From Planctomycetota bacterium (GTDB lineage Bacteria; Planctomycetota; B15-G4), in assembly GCA_038212275.1 (NCBI GenBank), contig JBBQUR010000002.1:128001-192000 (forward strand): a stretch of DNA of 64,000 nucleotides. The letters run 5' to 3'. Position numbers and translations under genes: made by a program. Numbering within the stretch: position 1 is the stretch's first letter; each line of letters starts with the position of its first letter. Below the pieces are notes generated by a model that saw only the letters and a list, made by a program, of their open reading frames with translations, had not been told where the DNA came from and did no database searches. This document shows positions 41,415 through 51,718 of the stretch, in pieces.

Positions 41415-42472
41415 CGCGCGAACTCCTTGCGAAGCTCCGCACCGAAGGCGTCGACGTCGCCGATCGCGACGCATTCCACCGGCGTCCCGGCGTGCTCCAC
41501 GCGCAGCTCCAGCGTGTTCCAGAGCGGCTCGACCTCGGGCGGAGCTCCCTGCAGGGCAGGAGCCTGCAGCACGCCGCCAGGCACCGGGCTCGGCACGATC
41601 TTCACGCCGCCGTTCGACGGGCCGGCAACCAGCCTCGCGCCCTGCGCCCCGCCATCGCGCGCGGTCAGCAGCAGCACCTCCGCGGGGTGCAGCCGGCGCA
41701 GCAGGCCCTCGCCCCCGCGTCCGAGCGCACCGTTGCCGGGCACGGACTGCGCGACGAAGGCCACGGCGAGCCCCTCGCGCCACGCGTCGCGCGGCACGTC
41801 GCGCAGTGCGGCGAGCAGCGCATGCGCCGCGGCGCGCCGGCCCAGCTCGGGGCCCGCGACGCGATCGCCGAACGCGACGATCTCGCGCGACACCACCGGG
41901 TCGAGCAGCGCGATGCCGAGATCGTCCACGTCCGCGGCATTGTCCGCGCCGACGTCCAGCCAGAGGTCGGCCTCGTCGAAGCTGGCGGGCCGAGCATTTT
42001 TCAGATGGATCGAGTTCACCTGCACCACGCCGACCACGCCCGATTGGCCCGCCGACAACCCTGCGCGCGGCAGCACCAGCGCCGGACGGCCTTCATGACT
42101 GAGGTGATACGCCGCGTTGGCCGTGCGCCCGAGGAAGCGCAGCCGCAGGTAGCCGTCGTCGCGGATCTGGCCGACCACGTAGCCGGGTTCGTCGACACCG
42201 ACGGCGATCACGCGCGAGCAGGGCCCGTGGGAGTCGGCAGCGCGCACGATGAGGCTGCCGAAGGCATCGCGCTCGACGCGCACATCCTCAGGCAGCAGTG
42301 GAAGCAGCGCCTCGAGCAGCCAGCCCTCGCTGCCCGACAGCGCCGCAGGCTGCGCGAAGTCCCGCAGCGCCGGCAGCGCAGGCAGCGCAGGCAGCGCAGG
42401 CAGCGCGGGAGCGGGCGCGGGCGCCAGCGATCCCACGAACAGCGACCACTGCATCAGCTGCGTCAGCACCAT
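41411..42472 (-). CDS. M42-like protein lacking catalytic residues
   Basis: LSGSEG, DAFGS, GVDEPGYVVGQIRDDGYLRL, LWLDVGA, LGIALLDPV; His, DD and EE ligands replaced. Confidence 0.75.
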   Translation of the reverse strand: MVLTQLMQWSLFVGSLAPAPAPALPALPALPALPALRDFAQPAALSGSEGWLLEALLPLLPEDVRVERDAFGSLIVRAADSHGPCSRVIAVGVDEPGYVVGQIRDDGYLRLRFLGRTANAAYHLSHEGRPALVLPRAGLSAGQSGVVGVVQVNSIHLKNARPASFDEADLWLDVGADNAADVDDLGIALLDPVVSREIVAFGDRVAGPELGRRAAAHALLAALRDVPRDAWREGLAVAFVAQSVPGNGALGRGGEGLLRRLHPAEVLLLTARDGGAQGARLVAGPSNGGVKIVPSPVPGGVLQAPALQGAPPEVEPLWNTLELRVEHAGTPVECVAIGDVDAFGAELRKEFAR

Positions 42473-42655
42473 GCGCCCTCCCGTCGGCCGGCGGACGCAA
42501 GGCGATGCGGTCGCGCGGCGAAGTGCGGCGCAGTGTAGTCATCCGGTCGCGGGACGATGCGGGCCGACAACAAGATGCGGGCCGGGGTCGCCGTTCCGTG
42601 GCGACTCCGGCCCGCGTGGTTCCCCAAGGTAGCGGCCCTCGTCGGGCCAGGGGGT

Positions 42656-45600
42656 TCAGGAGTCCACCACCTCGCCGTCGATCACGGCGGGTGCGTCGGT
42701 GATGTAGGGCTTCGGACCGATGGCGGGCGCGGTGTAGGCGCTGAGGTCGGGCAGCGGCAGCGTGGCCACGGGGCCCACGGTCTGGCTGTTGCAACCGCCG
42801 GGGCCGGAGAGCTGCAGCGACTGCTCGACGTCGAGCGCCTTGATCACGTACTCGGTCCCGGTCGGTCCGCAGAGCGCGCCGTCCGCGATGCTGAACACCG
42901 GGAGGTAGCGGTCCGGGTTGCCGTCGCCATCCAGGTCGACGGGCTGGCCGGGGATGCCGTGCATGTCGCCTGGCCCGTTGTATTCCAGCAGGAACTTCTT
43001 GCCGGCCCAGGTGCCGTCGCCGTTGCGATCGTTCTCCAGGCTGTGCGTGTAGGTGAACTGCAGCGGCGGATCGAAGAAGACGGACTGGCCTTCGGCGTCC
43101 ACGAGGCTCTGATACTTGTTCCAGCTGTTGTGGCCGGTCTCGTAGCTGAAGAAGACCTCCTGGTTGAAGGCCTCGTAGGTGTTCATCAGGCCTTCCGTGC
43201 TGGTGAGCATCGGGCCGGAATTCATGCCCCACGTGAACGGACCGCCGCTCGGCGCCTCGCCCTCCGCGAGACCGACCGGCACGAGGTTCTCGCCGGAGCC
43301 GTCCGCGTCAAAGTAGAGCGTGAGGTCCGACTTCCTGAACACGAATCGGTGCGGCATGGCGACATCGTTCGCGGGATCGAGGAAGACCTGCCCGAGCGTG
43401 GCTTCCTCGCCCGAGATGCCGGCCTTGAGGCAGTTCTGGAAGCCGAGCAGCGTGACGTCGTCGGAGCCTTCAAAGAACGCGTCGGAGCCGCTGACGAACT
43501 GGCGCGTGAAGTACGTGAGCGACTCCTCGCCGTTCACGTAGGACACCTGGCCGCCGAGGCTCTCGCTGTACATCTGCAGGAAGTTGCCCTTGGCCTCGAT
43601 GTCGATGGCCTCCGGCGTCTCCAGCGGCGAGAACTGGCCGCTCGAGTTGTCGAAGCTCGCGACCTTGCGGAACTCGCCCGACTCGTGGTCGTAGGTCACG
43701 CGGTATTGCGCGGGCATCTGGCCGCCGCCTTGCGGCTCGCCGCCACCACCCGGCGGATCACCGCCACCCGGAGGCGGGTCGCCACCACCACCTTCGCCGG
43801 GAGGCGGATCGCCGCCGCCCTCGCCCGGGGGCGGCGCGAAGGCCGGGAAGTCCCACCACGTGAATTCCGCGCCGTCGGCGTCTTCCAGCGCGAGCTGCTG
43901 ACGCGTGTTGCGGATGAGCTTGCCCGGAGCCGAGAGCACCGTGTACGGCGTGGCCGGCCCGCCGCCGAAGACCGACTTGGTGACGACGTCGCCGTTGTCG
44001 ATGGTGACGTCCGGCGGCGCCCACATGCCGTAGTAGCCGATCCAGCCGTACTGGCCGCTCGCGGTCTTGAAGCCGAAACCGCCGTTGCGTGCGACCCGCG
44101 CGCCGAGGTTCTCGCCCTGCGCCTCGTACAGGCCGTAGCGGAAGACGCTCTCGTCGAAATCCGTGCGCGACAGGCACACCGGCTCGTCGCTGTCCTTCTG
44201 GCGCAGCACCGTCTGGTCGTTGAAGGCCAGCAGGTATTCCTCGGTCTGCACGCCGGTGTCGCCCTGCTCGCCCTCGTTGCTGCGCGACTGGCGGCGGATG
44301 CGCGCGACGCCCTGCGACTGGTCGTCGAACATGTTCACGTTGGCCTGCGTGACCTGCGCGTGCTCGCCGGGGAGGAAGACCGGCTTGTTCAGGTCGCCTT
44401 CCGTCTCGAAGAAGCTGAAGCCGATGAAGCCCTCGAGCACGTCGAGCGTGCGCAGGTTGCCGAAGCTCGTGGCGTCCTTCAGCTCGCCACCCACCGGCAC
44501 CTCCGCGAAGTTCAGGTTGAAGGCGCCGAAGGGGTCGTTGTCCGAGATGCCCCTGGTGACGTCCATGAGCACGCGGATGTTGCCGGGCGTGCCGACGCTG
44601 CCTTCGCCGCCGCCGTCATCGCCCTCGCTCGGCACCCAGAACTTCACGGTCTGGCTGCCGTCTTCGGTCGGGCGCGTGCTCTTCACCACCCAGAGCGCAG
44701 GCGCCGCGGCGTTGCCGCCCGACGACTGTCCGGTGCTGCTGCCCGAGGAGCTGTTGTCGTCGCCGGCTTCGCAGAGACTCTCGTCGATCTGCGCGACGTA
44801 GGTGCCGGCGTTGACCATCTGGTCGTAGGCCGTGTGCGAGAGCAGGCACAGGATCATGTTCACCGTGCCGAGCGTCTTCATCGACGGGTCGTAGACGAAG
44901 TGGTGCTGCGGGTCCGTGTTGAAGTCGGAGAGCAGCGGGAAGTCATTGCCGCCCAGCAGGAAGGAGCCGCCGCCGAGGAAGCCGCTGCCGCCGCCTCCAC
45001 CGCCGCCCGGCGCGCCGTCCGCGGTGACCACCGACATCTGCTCCGGCGCCTGCAGCCCGGGGACGTCCGCGAAGTGCTCCGGGTCGAGCACCGTGATCTG
45101 CACGCCCAGGTCGTCCAGCGTCGCGACGAGGTCCTCGAGCTTGGCCTCGCCCTTGTCCAGCTTGGCCTGCAGCTTGAGCAGCTTCTTCTGCCACTTGGCG
45201 AGAAGCTTGGCCTTCGCCTTGATCTCCTTCTCCGTGGACTCGGGCAGGTCGCCGGCCGCATCGAGCGCCAGCTGCGCGGCGGCCAGGTCGTCCGCGAGGT
45301 TGGCCTGCTTGGTCTCCAGCTTCTCAGCCTTCGACTGCGTCTTGGCCAGCTTCTTGTCCAGCTTGTTCACCTGCTTCTGCTCGTCGGGCGTCAGCTCGGC
45401 CTGAGGGCGTGGTGCGCGGACGGCGCGCTCCGGCACGGCCTGCAGAGCGGTGACGACGGGCTCGCGCAGGGCGCCGAGGTCCCGTGCCTGCGGCGCAGCC
45501 GGCGCGCGCAGCTCGGTGTCACGCGCCACGATTTCGCGCAGCAGCACGTCGCGCCCGTCGGCAGCCAGCGCAACCGGACTCCCGGCCGTGTGCAGCAACC

Positions 45601-45667
45601 ACGGCGCCACGACGGCTCCCGTCAGCAGCGTGAGGCCCGTCAGTCCGAGCAGGGTCTTGTGCAGCAT
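42656..45667 (-). CDS. Large secreted or surface protein of unknown function (coiled coil, Gly/Pro linkers, Cys-containing body)
   Basis: N-terminal hydrophobic segment, Lys-rich heptads, (GGGDPPP)n insert, DLDGDG Ca-loop; about 1003 aa. Confidence 0.8.
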   Translation of the reverse strand: MLHKTLLGLTGLTLLTGAVVAPWLLHTAGSPVALAADGRDVLLREIVARDTELRAPAAPQARDLGALREPVVTALQAVPERAVRAPRPQAELTPDEQKQVNKLDKKLAKTQSKAEKLETKQANLADDLAAAQLALDAAGDLPESTEKEIKAKAKLLAKWQKKLLKLQAKLDKGEAKLEDLVATLDDLGVQITVLDPEHFADVPGLQAPEQMSVVTADGAPGGGGGGGSGFLGGGSFLLGGNDFPLLSDFNTDPQHHFVYDPSMKTLGTVNMILCLLSHTAYDQMVNAGTYVAQIDESLCEAGDDNSSSGSSTGQSSGGNAAAPALWVVKSTRPTEDGSQTVKFWVPSEGDDGGGEGSVGTPGNIRVLMDVTRGISDNDPFGAFNLNFAEVPVGGELKDATSFGNLRTLDVLEGFIGFSFFETEGDLNKPVFLPGEHAQVTQANVNMFDDQSQGVARIRRQSRSNEGEQGDTGVQTEEYLLAFNDQTVLRQKDSDEPVCLSRTDFDESVFRYGLYEAQGENLGARVARNGGFGFKTASGQYGWIGYYGMWAPPDVTIDNGDVVTKSVFGGGPATPYTVLSAPGKLIRNTRQQLALEDADGAEFTWWDFPAFAPPPGEGGGDPPPGEGGGGDPPPGGGDPPGGGGEPQGGGQMPAQYRVTYDHESGEFRKVASFDNSSGQFSPLETPEAIDIEAKGNFLQMYSESLGGQVSYVNGEESLTYFTRQFVSGSDAFFEGSDDVTLLGFQNCLKAGISGEEATLGQVFLDPANDVAMPHRFVFRKSDLTLYFDADGSGENLVPVGLAEGEAPSGGPFTWGMNSGPMLTSTEGLMNTYEAFNQEVFFSYETGHNSWNKYQSLVDAEGQSVFFDPPLQFTYTHSLENDRNGDGTWAGKKFLLEYNGPGDMHGIPGQPVDLDGDGNPDRYLPVFSIADGALCGPTGTEYVIKALDVEQSLQLSGPGGCNSQTVGPVATLPLPDLSAYTAPAIGPKPYITDAPAVIDGEVVDS

Positions 45668-46042
45668 GTCGTCGGTGCTCCGCGGCGAGCGCGGCAGGTC
45701 CCGCGCCACAGGTTCATGCCGTGGGGCCCTCCCGCTTCCGGGTACCCGGAGCCCCACGATCCAGGGCCGACATATCGGCCGGCGTCGATGTGGGCTTGAG
45801 AGTGAGGTCGGATCGGGCGGCCGGCGCGCCCTCAGCGCAGCCGCTCGGAGGCGTCGCCGTCGATCACGACCCGCCTCCTGCAGGCGCAGCAGCCGCGGAG
45901 CGCGAGCAAGCGCCGCTCGCCACGCCCTTGACGCGGGGCGCCCCCTGTAACGCCAGCCCGGCGTTCCGGCTCAGCAGGTGACGGGCCTGACTCTGGCCCG
46001 ACGACCCGCCTCCCCCGACGACCCGCCTCCGAGGAGCCCGCC

Positions 46043-47749
46043 ATGTTCCGACCCGATCCACGCCACGCGACACTCCTTCTGCTGGCCGCCCTCGGCGCCG
46101 GCTCGGCGACGTCTGCGCAGAACACGACGCGCGTCAGCGTGACGGCCGCGGGCGCCCAGGTGATCGGACATTCCGAGGCGCCCGACCTCTCGCACACCGG
46201 CCGCTTCGTGACCTTCTACAGCCAGGCGCCCGGCCTCGTGCCCGTGGACGTCACGGCCGAGGAGGACGTCTTCGTCGTGGACCGCTACAAGGGCACGATC
46301 GAGCGCGCGAGCGTCAGCACCGCGGGCGTGGAGGGCAACAGCGACTCGCGCGAACCCACCATCTCCGCCGACGGCCGCCTGGTGGCCTTCCTCAGCTTCG
46401 CGACCAACCTCGATCCGCTCGACCAGGGCATCGCGAGCGACATCTACCTGCGCAACCGCGTGACCGGCACCACGTCGCTCGTGACCGTGACGAGCGCGGG
46501 CGCGCACCCCGACTTCGGCGCCTCGCTGCATCCGGAGATCTCCGCCAACGGCCGCTTCGTGGTGTTCGACAGTGCGGCCAAGTTCGTGGTCGAGGACAAC
46601 GGCGCCGTCGATGACGTCTACCTGCGCGACCTGCTCCTTGGCACGACGATCCGCGTGAACCTGCGGCCCGACGGCGGTCCCTCGAACTCCGCCGGCATCC
46701 GCCCGGGCATCTCGGGCGACGGCCGCTTCATCTGCTACGAGAGCACGGACCCGATGCTCGTCCCGGGCGACACCAACTCGACGGCCGACGTCTTCGTGCG
46801 CGACATGCTCGGGCCCGGAGTCCTGACCGTGCGTGCCAGCGTGGCCTTCGACGGCAGTCAGGGCAACGACACCTCGGACGACGCCACGATCTCGGACGAC
46901 GGCACGGCCGTCGCCTTCGTGAGCAGGGCGACGAACCTGGTGCCGGGCGACACCAACGGCGCGCGCGACATCTTCGTGCGCGACTTCGCGGCCGGCACGA
47001 CGACGCGCGTGAGCGTCAGCACGGCGGGCGTCGCGGGCAACGGCAACAGCCTCGAGCCGGAGATCTCGGCCGACGGTCGCTACGTCAGCTTCCGCAGCCT
47101 CGCCACAAACCTGGTGACGGGTGACACCAACGGCCAGATCGACGACTTCCTGCACGACCGGGTCACGGGGATCACGACACGCATCAGCATCTCCACGGCG
47201 GGCGTGCAGTCCGACAAGTCCAGCAGTCTGTCGGCGATCTCGGGCGACGGGCGCTACGCGGCCTTCGACTCCAACGGCACAAACCTCGTCGCGGGCGACA
47301 CCAACGGCAGCAACGACATCTTCCTGCGCAACCTCTTCGGCTGCCCCGGCGCGGGCAGCGCGAGCGGCTACGGCGCGGGCCTCGCCGGCGCCGGCGGCTT
47401 CACGCCGGCGATCGGCGCCGAAGGCTGCCCGCTCCCGGGCGCGCTCATCTCCTTGCGCGTCGAGGACGTCGTCGGCGGCGCCCCGGGCGCGCTCTTCATC
47501 GGCGCCTCGAGCGTGGCACTTCCCTTCAAGGGTGGCACGCTGCACGTGGGTTCGCTGATCCCGCTGCTGAACATCTTCGTGGGCGGAACGCCCGGCACGC
47601 CCGGCGCAGGCTCGCTGGAACTGGGCCTGCCCCTTCCCGCGGATCCGCTCCTGTCGGGACTCACCTTCTTCATGCAGGCAGGCTTCGCGGACAGTGCAGC
47701 GCCCGCCCACGTCTCGCTCACGCGGGGCCTGGCCATCACCGTGGGCTGA
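46043..47749 (+). CDS. Secreted TolB/PD40-like beta-propeller protein with shared C-terminal domain
   Basis: gaggag RBS; repeats ISADGR.VAF.S.ATNLV.GDTN...DIF.RD. Confidence 0.9.
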   Translation: MFRPDPRHATLLLLAALGAGSATSAQNTTRVSVTAAGAQVIGHSEAPDLSHTGRFVTFYSQAPGLVPVDVTAEEDVFVVDRYKGTIERASVSTAGVEGNSDSREPTISADGRLVAFLSFATNLDPLDQGIASDIYLRNRVTGTTSLVTVTSAGAHPDFGASLHPEISANGRFVVFDSAAKFVVEDNGAVDDVYLRDLLLGTTIRVNLRPDGGPSNSAGIRPGISGDGRFICYESTDPMLVPGDTNSTADVFVRDMLGPGVLTVRASVAFDGSQGNDTSDDATISDDGTAVAFVSRATNLVPGDTNGARDIFVRDFAAGTTTRVSVSTAGVAGNGNSLEPEISADGRYVSFRSLATNLVTGDTNGQIDDFLHDRVTGITTRISISTAGVQSDKSSSLSAISGDGRYAAFDSNGTNLVAGDTNGSNDIFLRNLFGCPGAGSASGYGAGLAGAGGFTPAIGAEGCPLPGALISLRVEDVVGGAPGALFIGASSVALPFKGGTLHVGSLIPLLNIFVGGTPGTPGAGSLELGLPLPADPLLSGLTFFMQAGFADSAAPAHVSLTRGLAITVG

Positions 47750-47768
47750 GAGACCCGGTTGTCGCGCC
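47701..47768 (+). repeat. Direct repeat B, copy 1 (3' end and downstream flank of the PD40 gene)
   Basis: gcccgcccacgtctcgctcacgcggggcctggccatcaccgtgggctgag..cccggttgtcgcgcc matches 60841-60913. Confidence 0.9.
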
Positions 47769-47809
47769 CATCCACGGTGACGGCGTGACGGGGGCCGCGA
47801 CCCTGCTGC

Positions 47810-48041
47810 CCGGCGCTGACGGTTCGGTCCTGCATGTCCGGGAAGGAGCGCACGAGACGGGAGAGCATCCCGACTGGGGGACATTCCCGGGTACGGATTC
47901 GAATGCGGTGCTTGTGTCGCCGGCATCGGCGACGTGAACCAGGATGGCTACGCCGACATGATCGTCGGGGACGATCGCTACTGGTCGACCGGATTGCCGT
48001 ACGCCGCTCGAGTGGTCGTTCTCGCAGGTGGAAAGTCTTGA
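47810..48041 (+). pseudogene. Isolated FG-GAP repeat fragment
   Basis: GADGSVLH (frameshift) ...CGACVAGIGDVNQDGYADMIVGD...RVVVLAGG*. Confidence 0.7.
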
Positions 48042-48087
48042 GGCGAGCGCACGGTGCGGCATGCACGCCGCGCCGGGCGTCCTCCGC

Positions 48088-48432
48088 TCACGACTGCGCG
48101 GGAGGCGCCGGCGGCGGGACCGCTGGCGCGGACGGCACCGCGGGTGCCGACGGCTCCGGAGCCTCCGGCGACTTCTTCCACGCCGAGTGCTTCGGGCCCG
48201 AAGGGCGGCTGCGGCTCGTAGAAGAACACGCCGATGCCGGCGTTGAGCGGGCCGATGCCGGCCGACACGCCGAGCAGGCCGATCTCCACCTGCGCGATCT
48301 TCCACAGGTCGATCATGAGGATTGAGCCGGGACTGCGGCCGTTCAACAGCTTGATCTCGAGCAGCGAGTCCTGGTCGGACCAGCCGCAGGTCGCGTAGCC
48401 GCTGATGAAGGCGTCCGAGCTCACGCCGCCGT
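48088..48432 (-). pseudogene. 5'-truncated, frameshifted hypothetical gene
   Basis: GC3-rich frame DAFISGYATCGWSDQDSLLEI...GIGVFFYEPQPP; Pro/Ala tail PEAPEPSAPAVP..QS* in an adjacent frame; no clear start. Confidence 0.5.
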
Positions 48433-48616
48433 GTGGAGCCGTCTCCTGATCGCGCCGCCTGGGACGGGCAGTCACGCCCAGCCGCTTTTCCGGATCCTCA
48501 CAGGAGCGCCTGTTCCCTCCGGCCGTTCCCACGCCGGCCTTTCCCACGCAACGCGCGGTCTCGCTCGCAACCCGGCGTTTTCCATCGGTCACCGCCTCCC
48601 ACAAGGACGTCACGCC

Positions 48617-51517
48617 ATGTCATCGCGCCCATCGATGCTCCTCAGTGTTGTCGCCAGCCTGCTTGTCCTTCCCGCATCCCTGCTTTCGGCGCAGTCCACG
48701 CTGCTGAACTTCGAAGGCGCCTACCACGGCGCGGAGTTCGGGACGGTCGTCGCCTACGGGGCGGATTACGACGGCGACGGCAAGGGGGACCTGCTCGTGG
48801 GCTGTCCGGAGGACGACACCAACGGCGAGGACGCCGGCGCGGTCTACCTGTGCTCCGGCGTGGACGGGTCGCTGATCCGCTCGCACTTCGGGTCGGCGGC
48901 AGGGGACCGGTTCGGGACCGCCGTGGTGGTCACATACGACGCGGATGGCGACGGATGGAGCGAGTACGGGGTCGGCGCGCCGTTCGCCGATGTCAACGGC
49001 ACCGACTCGGGGCGCGTGCGCTTCTACTCGGCGCAGGACGGGCACCTCGTGGCCACGCTCGACGGGCCCGCGGCCGGCGACCGCTTCGGCTCGGCGCTGG
49101 CCAACGTCGGGAAATTCTACTCCTTCGACGGGGACACGACTGCCGACGTCCTCGTCGCCATCGGCGCTCCCTACGCGGACGGTCCCCTCGGAACCGACGT
49201 CGGCGCGGTCTTCTTCCGCACGCCTCTCGGCGGCACGCTGCTGCCGCCCTTCGAGCGGCGTGGTATCCAGGCCTTCGAACACTGCGGCGCGGCGCTCGAC
49301 GCAGCCGGCCACAGCCTGGTCATCGGGGCCCCGGACTACGACGCGGCCGCCGGGAGCAACGCCGGTCGCTACGAGGTCTGGGACGTGTACACCCAGTTGT
49401 GGCTCTCGAGCGTGCCCCTCGACTACAAGTGGTCCTTCCCGGGGACGGCGCCGGGCGGCCGTCTCGGCACGTCGGTGGCAGTGGTCGAGTGGCCCGACCC
49501 GGCTGTCTTCCTGAATGCCGACGAGTACGCAGCCGGTGCGCCCTCCGCGGCCATTCCCTACGTGGACATCTCGAACCGGCACGGAGGACTGCCGCACCAC
49601 CTCGCGACGCTCACGGGCAGCGGCGGATTCGGTGCGTCGATCGCCTCGGTGCAGCCCGGCTACGTGAAGGGCTTCGTCGTCATCGGCGCGCCGGATCTGG
49701 TCGTCGGCGGCGTGCCGCGCGGACGCGCGAGCTTCTACCAGAACGGCGCCGTGCACCACGTCATCGACGGTGTCGGGGTCGGCGAACGCTTCGGCGCCGC
49801 GGTCGCGAGCGGGGTCAGCGACACGTTCGTGATCGGAGCGCCGCTGGCGGACGGGACGGTCCCCGATGCCGGACGCATCGAGGTGGAGAACATCTACTAC
49901 CACGTGTTCAGCGCCGACGCGCCGGTGGGCGACGGTGACCGCGCCGGCGGCGCGGTGGCGGGACTCGGGGACATCAACGGCGACGGCGTGCCGGACTTGC
50001 TCGTGGGCAGCCCGGACGCCGACTCATCCATCTCCTTCCCCTTCACCATCGAGCGCATCGACTGCGGTGCCGCGCGCGTGCTCTCCGGAGCGACGGGCGC
50101 CGTGTTGCGCAGCCACTTCGGCGGCCAGGACGGAGACCACCTCGGCGCGTCCGTCGCCGCGCTGGGCGACATCAACCTCGACGGCGTCACCGACTACGTG
50201 ATCGGCGCGCCCCAGAATGACAACACGACGACCACGGCGGGCTACGCGATCGCGGTCTCGGGCCTGACGGGGACGACGCTGTTCACCTTCACCGGCTTCT
50301 TCAACTCCGGGGAGTTCGGAGCGGCCGTGGGCGGCGGCAGCGACCTGAACGGCGACGGGCGGTTCGACATCCTGGTCGGCTCGCCGGGCACCTCGGCCGG
50401 CAACGTGACCGCCTACAGCGGCGTCAACGGGGCGATGCTCGGCGCGGTCAACGGCGCCACGGCGGGGGACCGCTTCGGCGCGGCCGTGGCCGGGCTCGGC
50501 GCGGACCTCGACGGCGACGGCAAGCAGGAGTACGTCGTCGGCGCGCCGGGCTTCGACTTCCTCGGCAGCGTGGACGCGGGTCGGGCCTACGTGCTGAAGA
50601 GCGTGAACAGCCTGACGACCGTCACCGTCGCCAACGGAACCGCGGCGAACGACCATACCGGCGCGGCCGTCGCGGCGGCCGGCGACATCAACAAGGACGG
50701 CGTCGCGGACTACATCGTCGGCGTTCCCGGCTACGACACCCCCTTTTCGGGGGCCGGGCGCGTGCGCGTGTTCTCGGGCGCCGCCGGCCTCTCCGTGCAA
50801 CTCGCGAGCGTCAACGGCAATGGCCTGAGCGACGCCTTCGGCACGTCGGTCGCGGGGCTGGGCGACGTGAACAACGACGGCTGGCCGGACTGGGCGGCCG
50901 GCGCCCCGGACACGAGCCTCCTCCTCTTCGGCGGCGGCGGCTACGTGAAGGTGGTGTCGGGCAAGGACCAGTCGGTGCTGTTCACGCTTGCCGGCGCCGC
51001 AGGTGACGGGCTCGGCTCGGCCATCGCCGCAGCCGGCGACGTGAACCTCGACGGCATGCGCGACATCGTCGTCGGCGCGCCGCTCAACGACGCGAAGGGC
51101 GTCCACTCCGGCTACGCGAAGGTGATCTCGCTCTCGAGCGGGCTGCCGGTCTGGACCAACCTCGGCTTCGCGCTGCCGGGCACGCTCGGCGCGCCCCAGC
51201 TCGTGGGCGCGGGTTCGCTGCTCTCGGGCTCGCCCGGCGCACTGACGCTCTCCGGCGCCAAACCCTCGTCGCCGGCGTACTTGTTCGTGGCGCTCACGAA
51301 CGCGGCCGCGCCGTTCAAGGGCGGCACGCTGGTCCCTGTCCCGCCGCTGCTCACGCTGGGCTTGCTCACCTCCGGCGCGGGTGACCTGCCGCTGGCCTGG
51401 GCGGCCTGGCCCGCGGGGCTGTCGGGGCTGGACTTGTTCTTCCAGTACGCGATCCAGGATCCGGCAGCGGTGGCGGGGGTGGCGCTGAGCAATGCGCTGA
51501 GGGCGGACGTGCCCTAG
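48617..51517 (+). CDS. Secreted FG-GAP/integrin-alpha repeat protein with shared C-terminal domain
   Basis: Signal peptide; many FG.AVA.LGD.NGDG..D..VGAP repeats. Confidence 0.93.
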   Translation: MSSRPSMLLSVVASLLVLPASLLSAQSTLLNFEGAYHGAEFGTVVAYGADYDGDGKGDLLVGCPEDDTNGEDAGAVYLCSGVDGSLIRSHFGSAAGDRFGTAVVVTYDADGDGWSEYGVGAPFADVNGTDSGRVRFYSAQDGHLVATLDGPAAGDRFGSALANVGKFYSFDGDTTADVLVAIGAPYADGPLGTDVGAVFFRTPLGGTLLPPFERRGIQAFEHCGAALDAAGHSLVIGAPDYDAAAGSNAGRYEVWDVYTQLWLSSVPLDYKWSFPGTAPGGRLGTSVAVVEWPDPAVFLNADEYAAGAPSAAIPYVDISNRHGGLPHHLATLTGSGGFGASIASVQPGYVKGFVVIGAPDLVVGGVPRGRASFYQNGAVHHVIDGVGVGERFGAAVASGVSDTFVIGAPLADGTVPDAGRIEVENIYYHVFSADAPVGDGDRAGGAVAGLGDINGDGVPDLLVGSPDADSSISFPFTIERIDCGAARVLSGATGAVLRSHFGGQDGDHLGASVAALGDINLDGVTDYVIGAPQNDNTTTTAGYAIAVSGLTGTTLFTFTGFFNSGEFGAAVGGGSDLNGDGRFDILVGSPGTSAGNVTAYSGVNGAMLGAVNGATAGDRFGAAVAGLGADLDGDGKQEYVVGAPGFDFLGSVDAGRAYVLKSVNSLTTVTVANGTAANDHTGAAVAAAGDINKDGVADYIVGVPGYDTPFSGAGRVRVFSGAAGLSVQLASVNGNGLSDAFGTSVAGLGDVNNDGWPDWAAGAPDTSLLLFGGGGYVKVVSGKDQSVLFTLAGAAGDGLGSAIAAAGDVNLDGMRDIVVGAPLNDAKGVHSGYAKVISLSSGLPVWTNLGFALPGTLGAPQLVGAGSLLSGSPGALTLSGAKPSSPAYLFVALTNAAAPFKGGTLVPVPPLLTLGLLTSGAGDLPLAWAAWPAGLSGLDLFFQYAIQDPAAVAGVALSNALRADVP

Positions 51518-51546
51518 GCGGACGACGGGGCTTCGGACCGGACGGT

Positions 51547-51581
51547 CGGCGTGAAGCCCCGGCCACGCAGACCGGGAGACG
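51547..51581. terminator. Hairpin between the convergent FG-GAP gene and polA fragment
   Basis: ggggcttc...gaagcccc inverted repeat; no U-tract. Confidence 0.4.
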
Positions 51582-51598
51582 ACGCCGGCCGGCCCGCC

Positions 51599-51718
51599 TC
51601 AGTGCGCCTCGACCCAGTTGTGCCCTGAGCCGATGATGACGAGCAGCGGCACGTCGAGCGCCATCGCGTTCTCCATGCACTGCTTGACCAGCGCGGTGAC
51701 GTCGGCCAGCTCGAAGCG
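51599..51718 (-). pseudogene. polA: Orphan 3' end of DNA polymerase I
   Basis: ELADVTALVKQCMENAMALDVPLLVIIGSGHNWVEAH* matches the typical PolA C-terminus; directly abuts an oriIS-like end. Confidence 0.8.
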
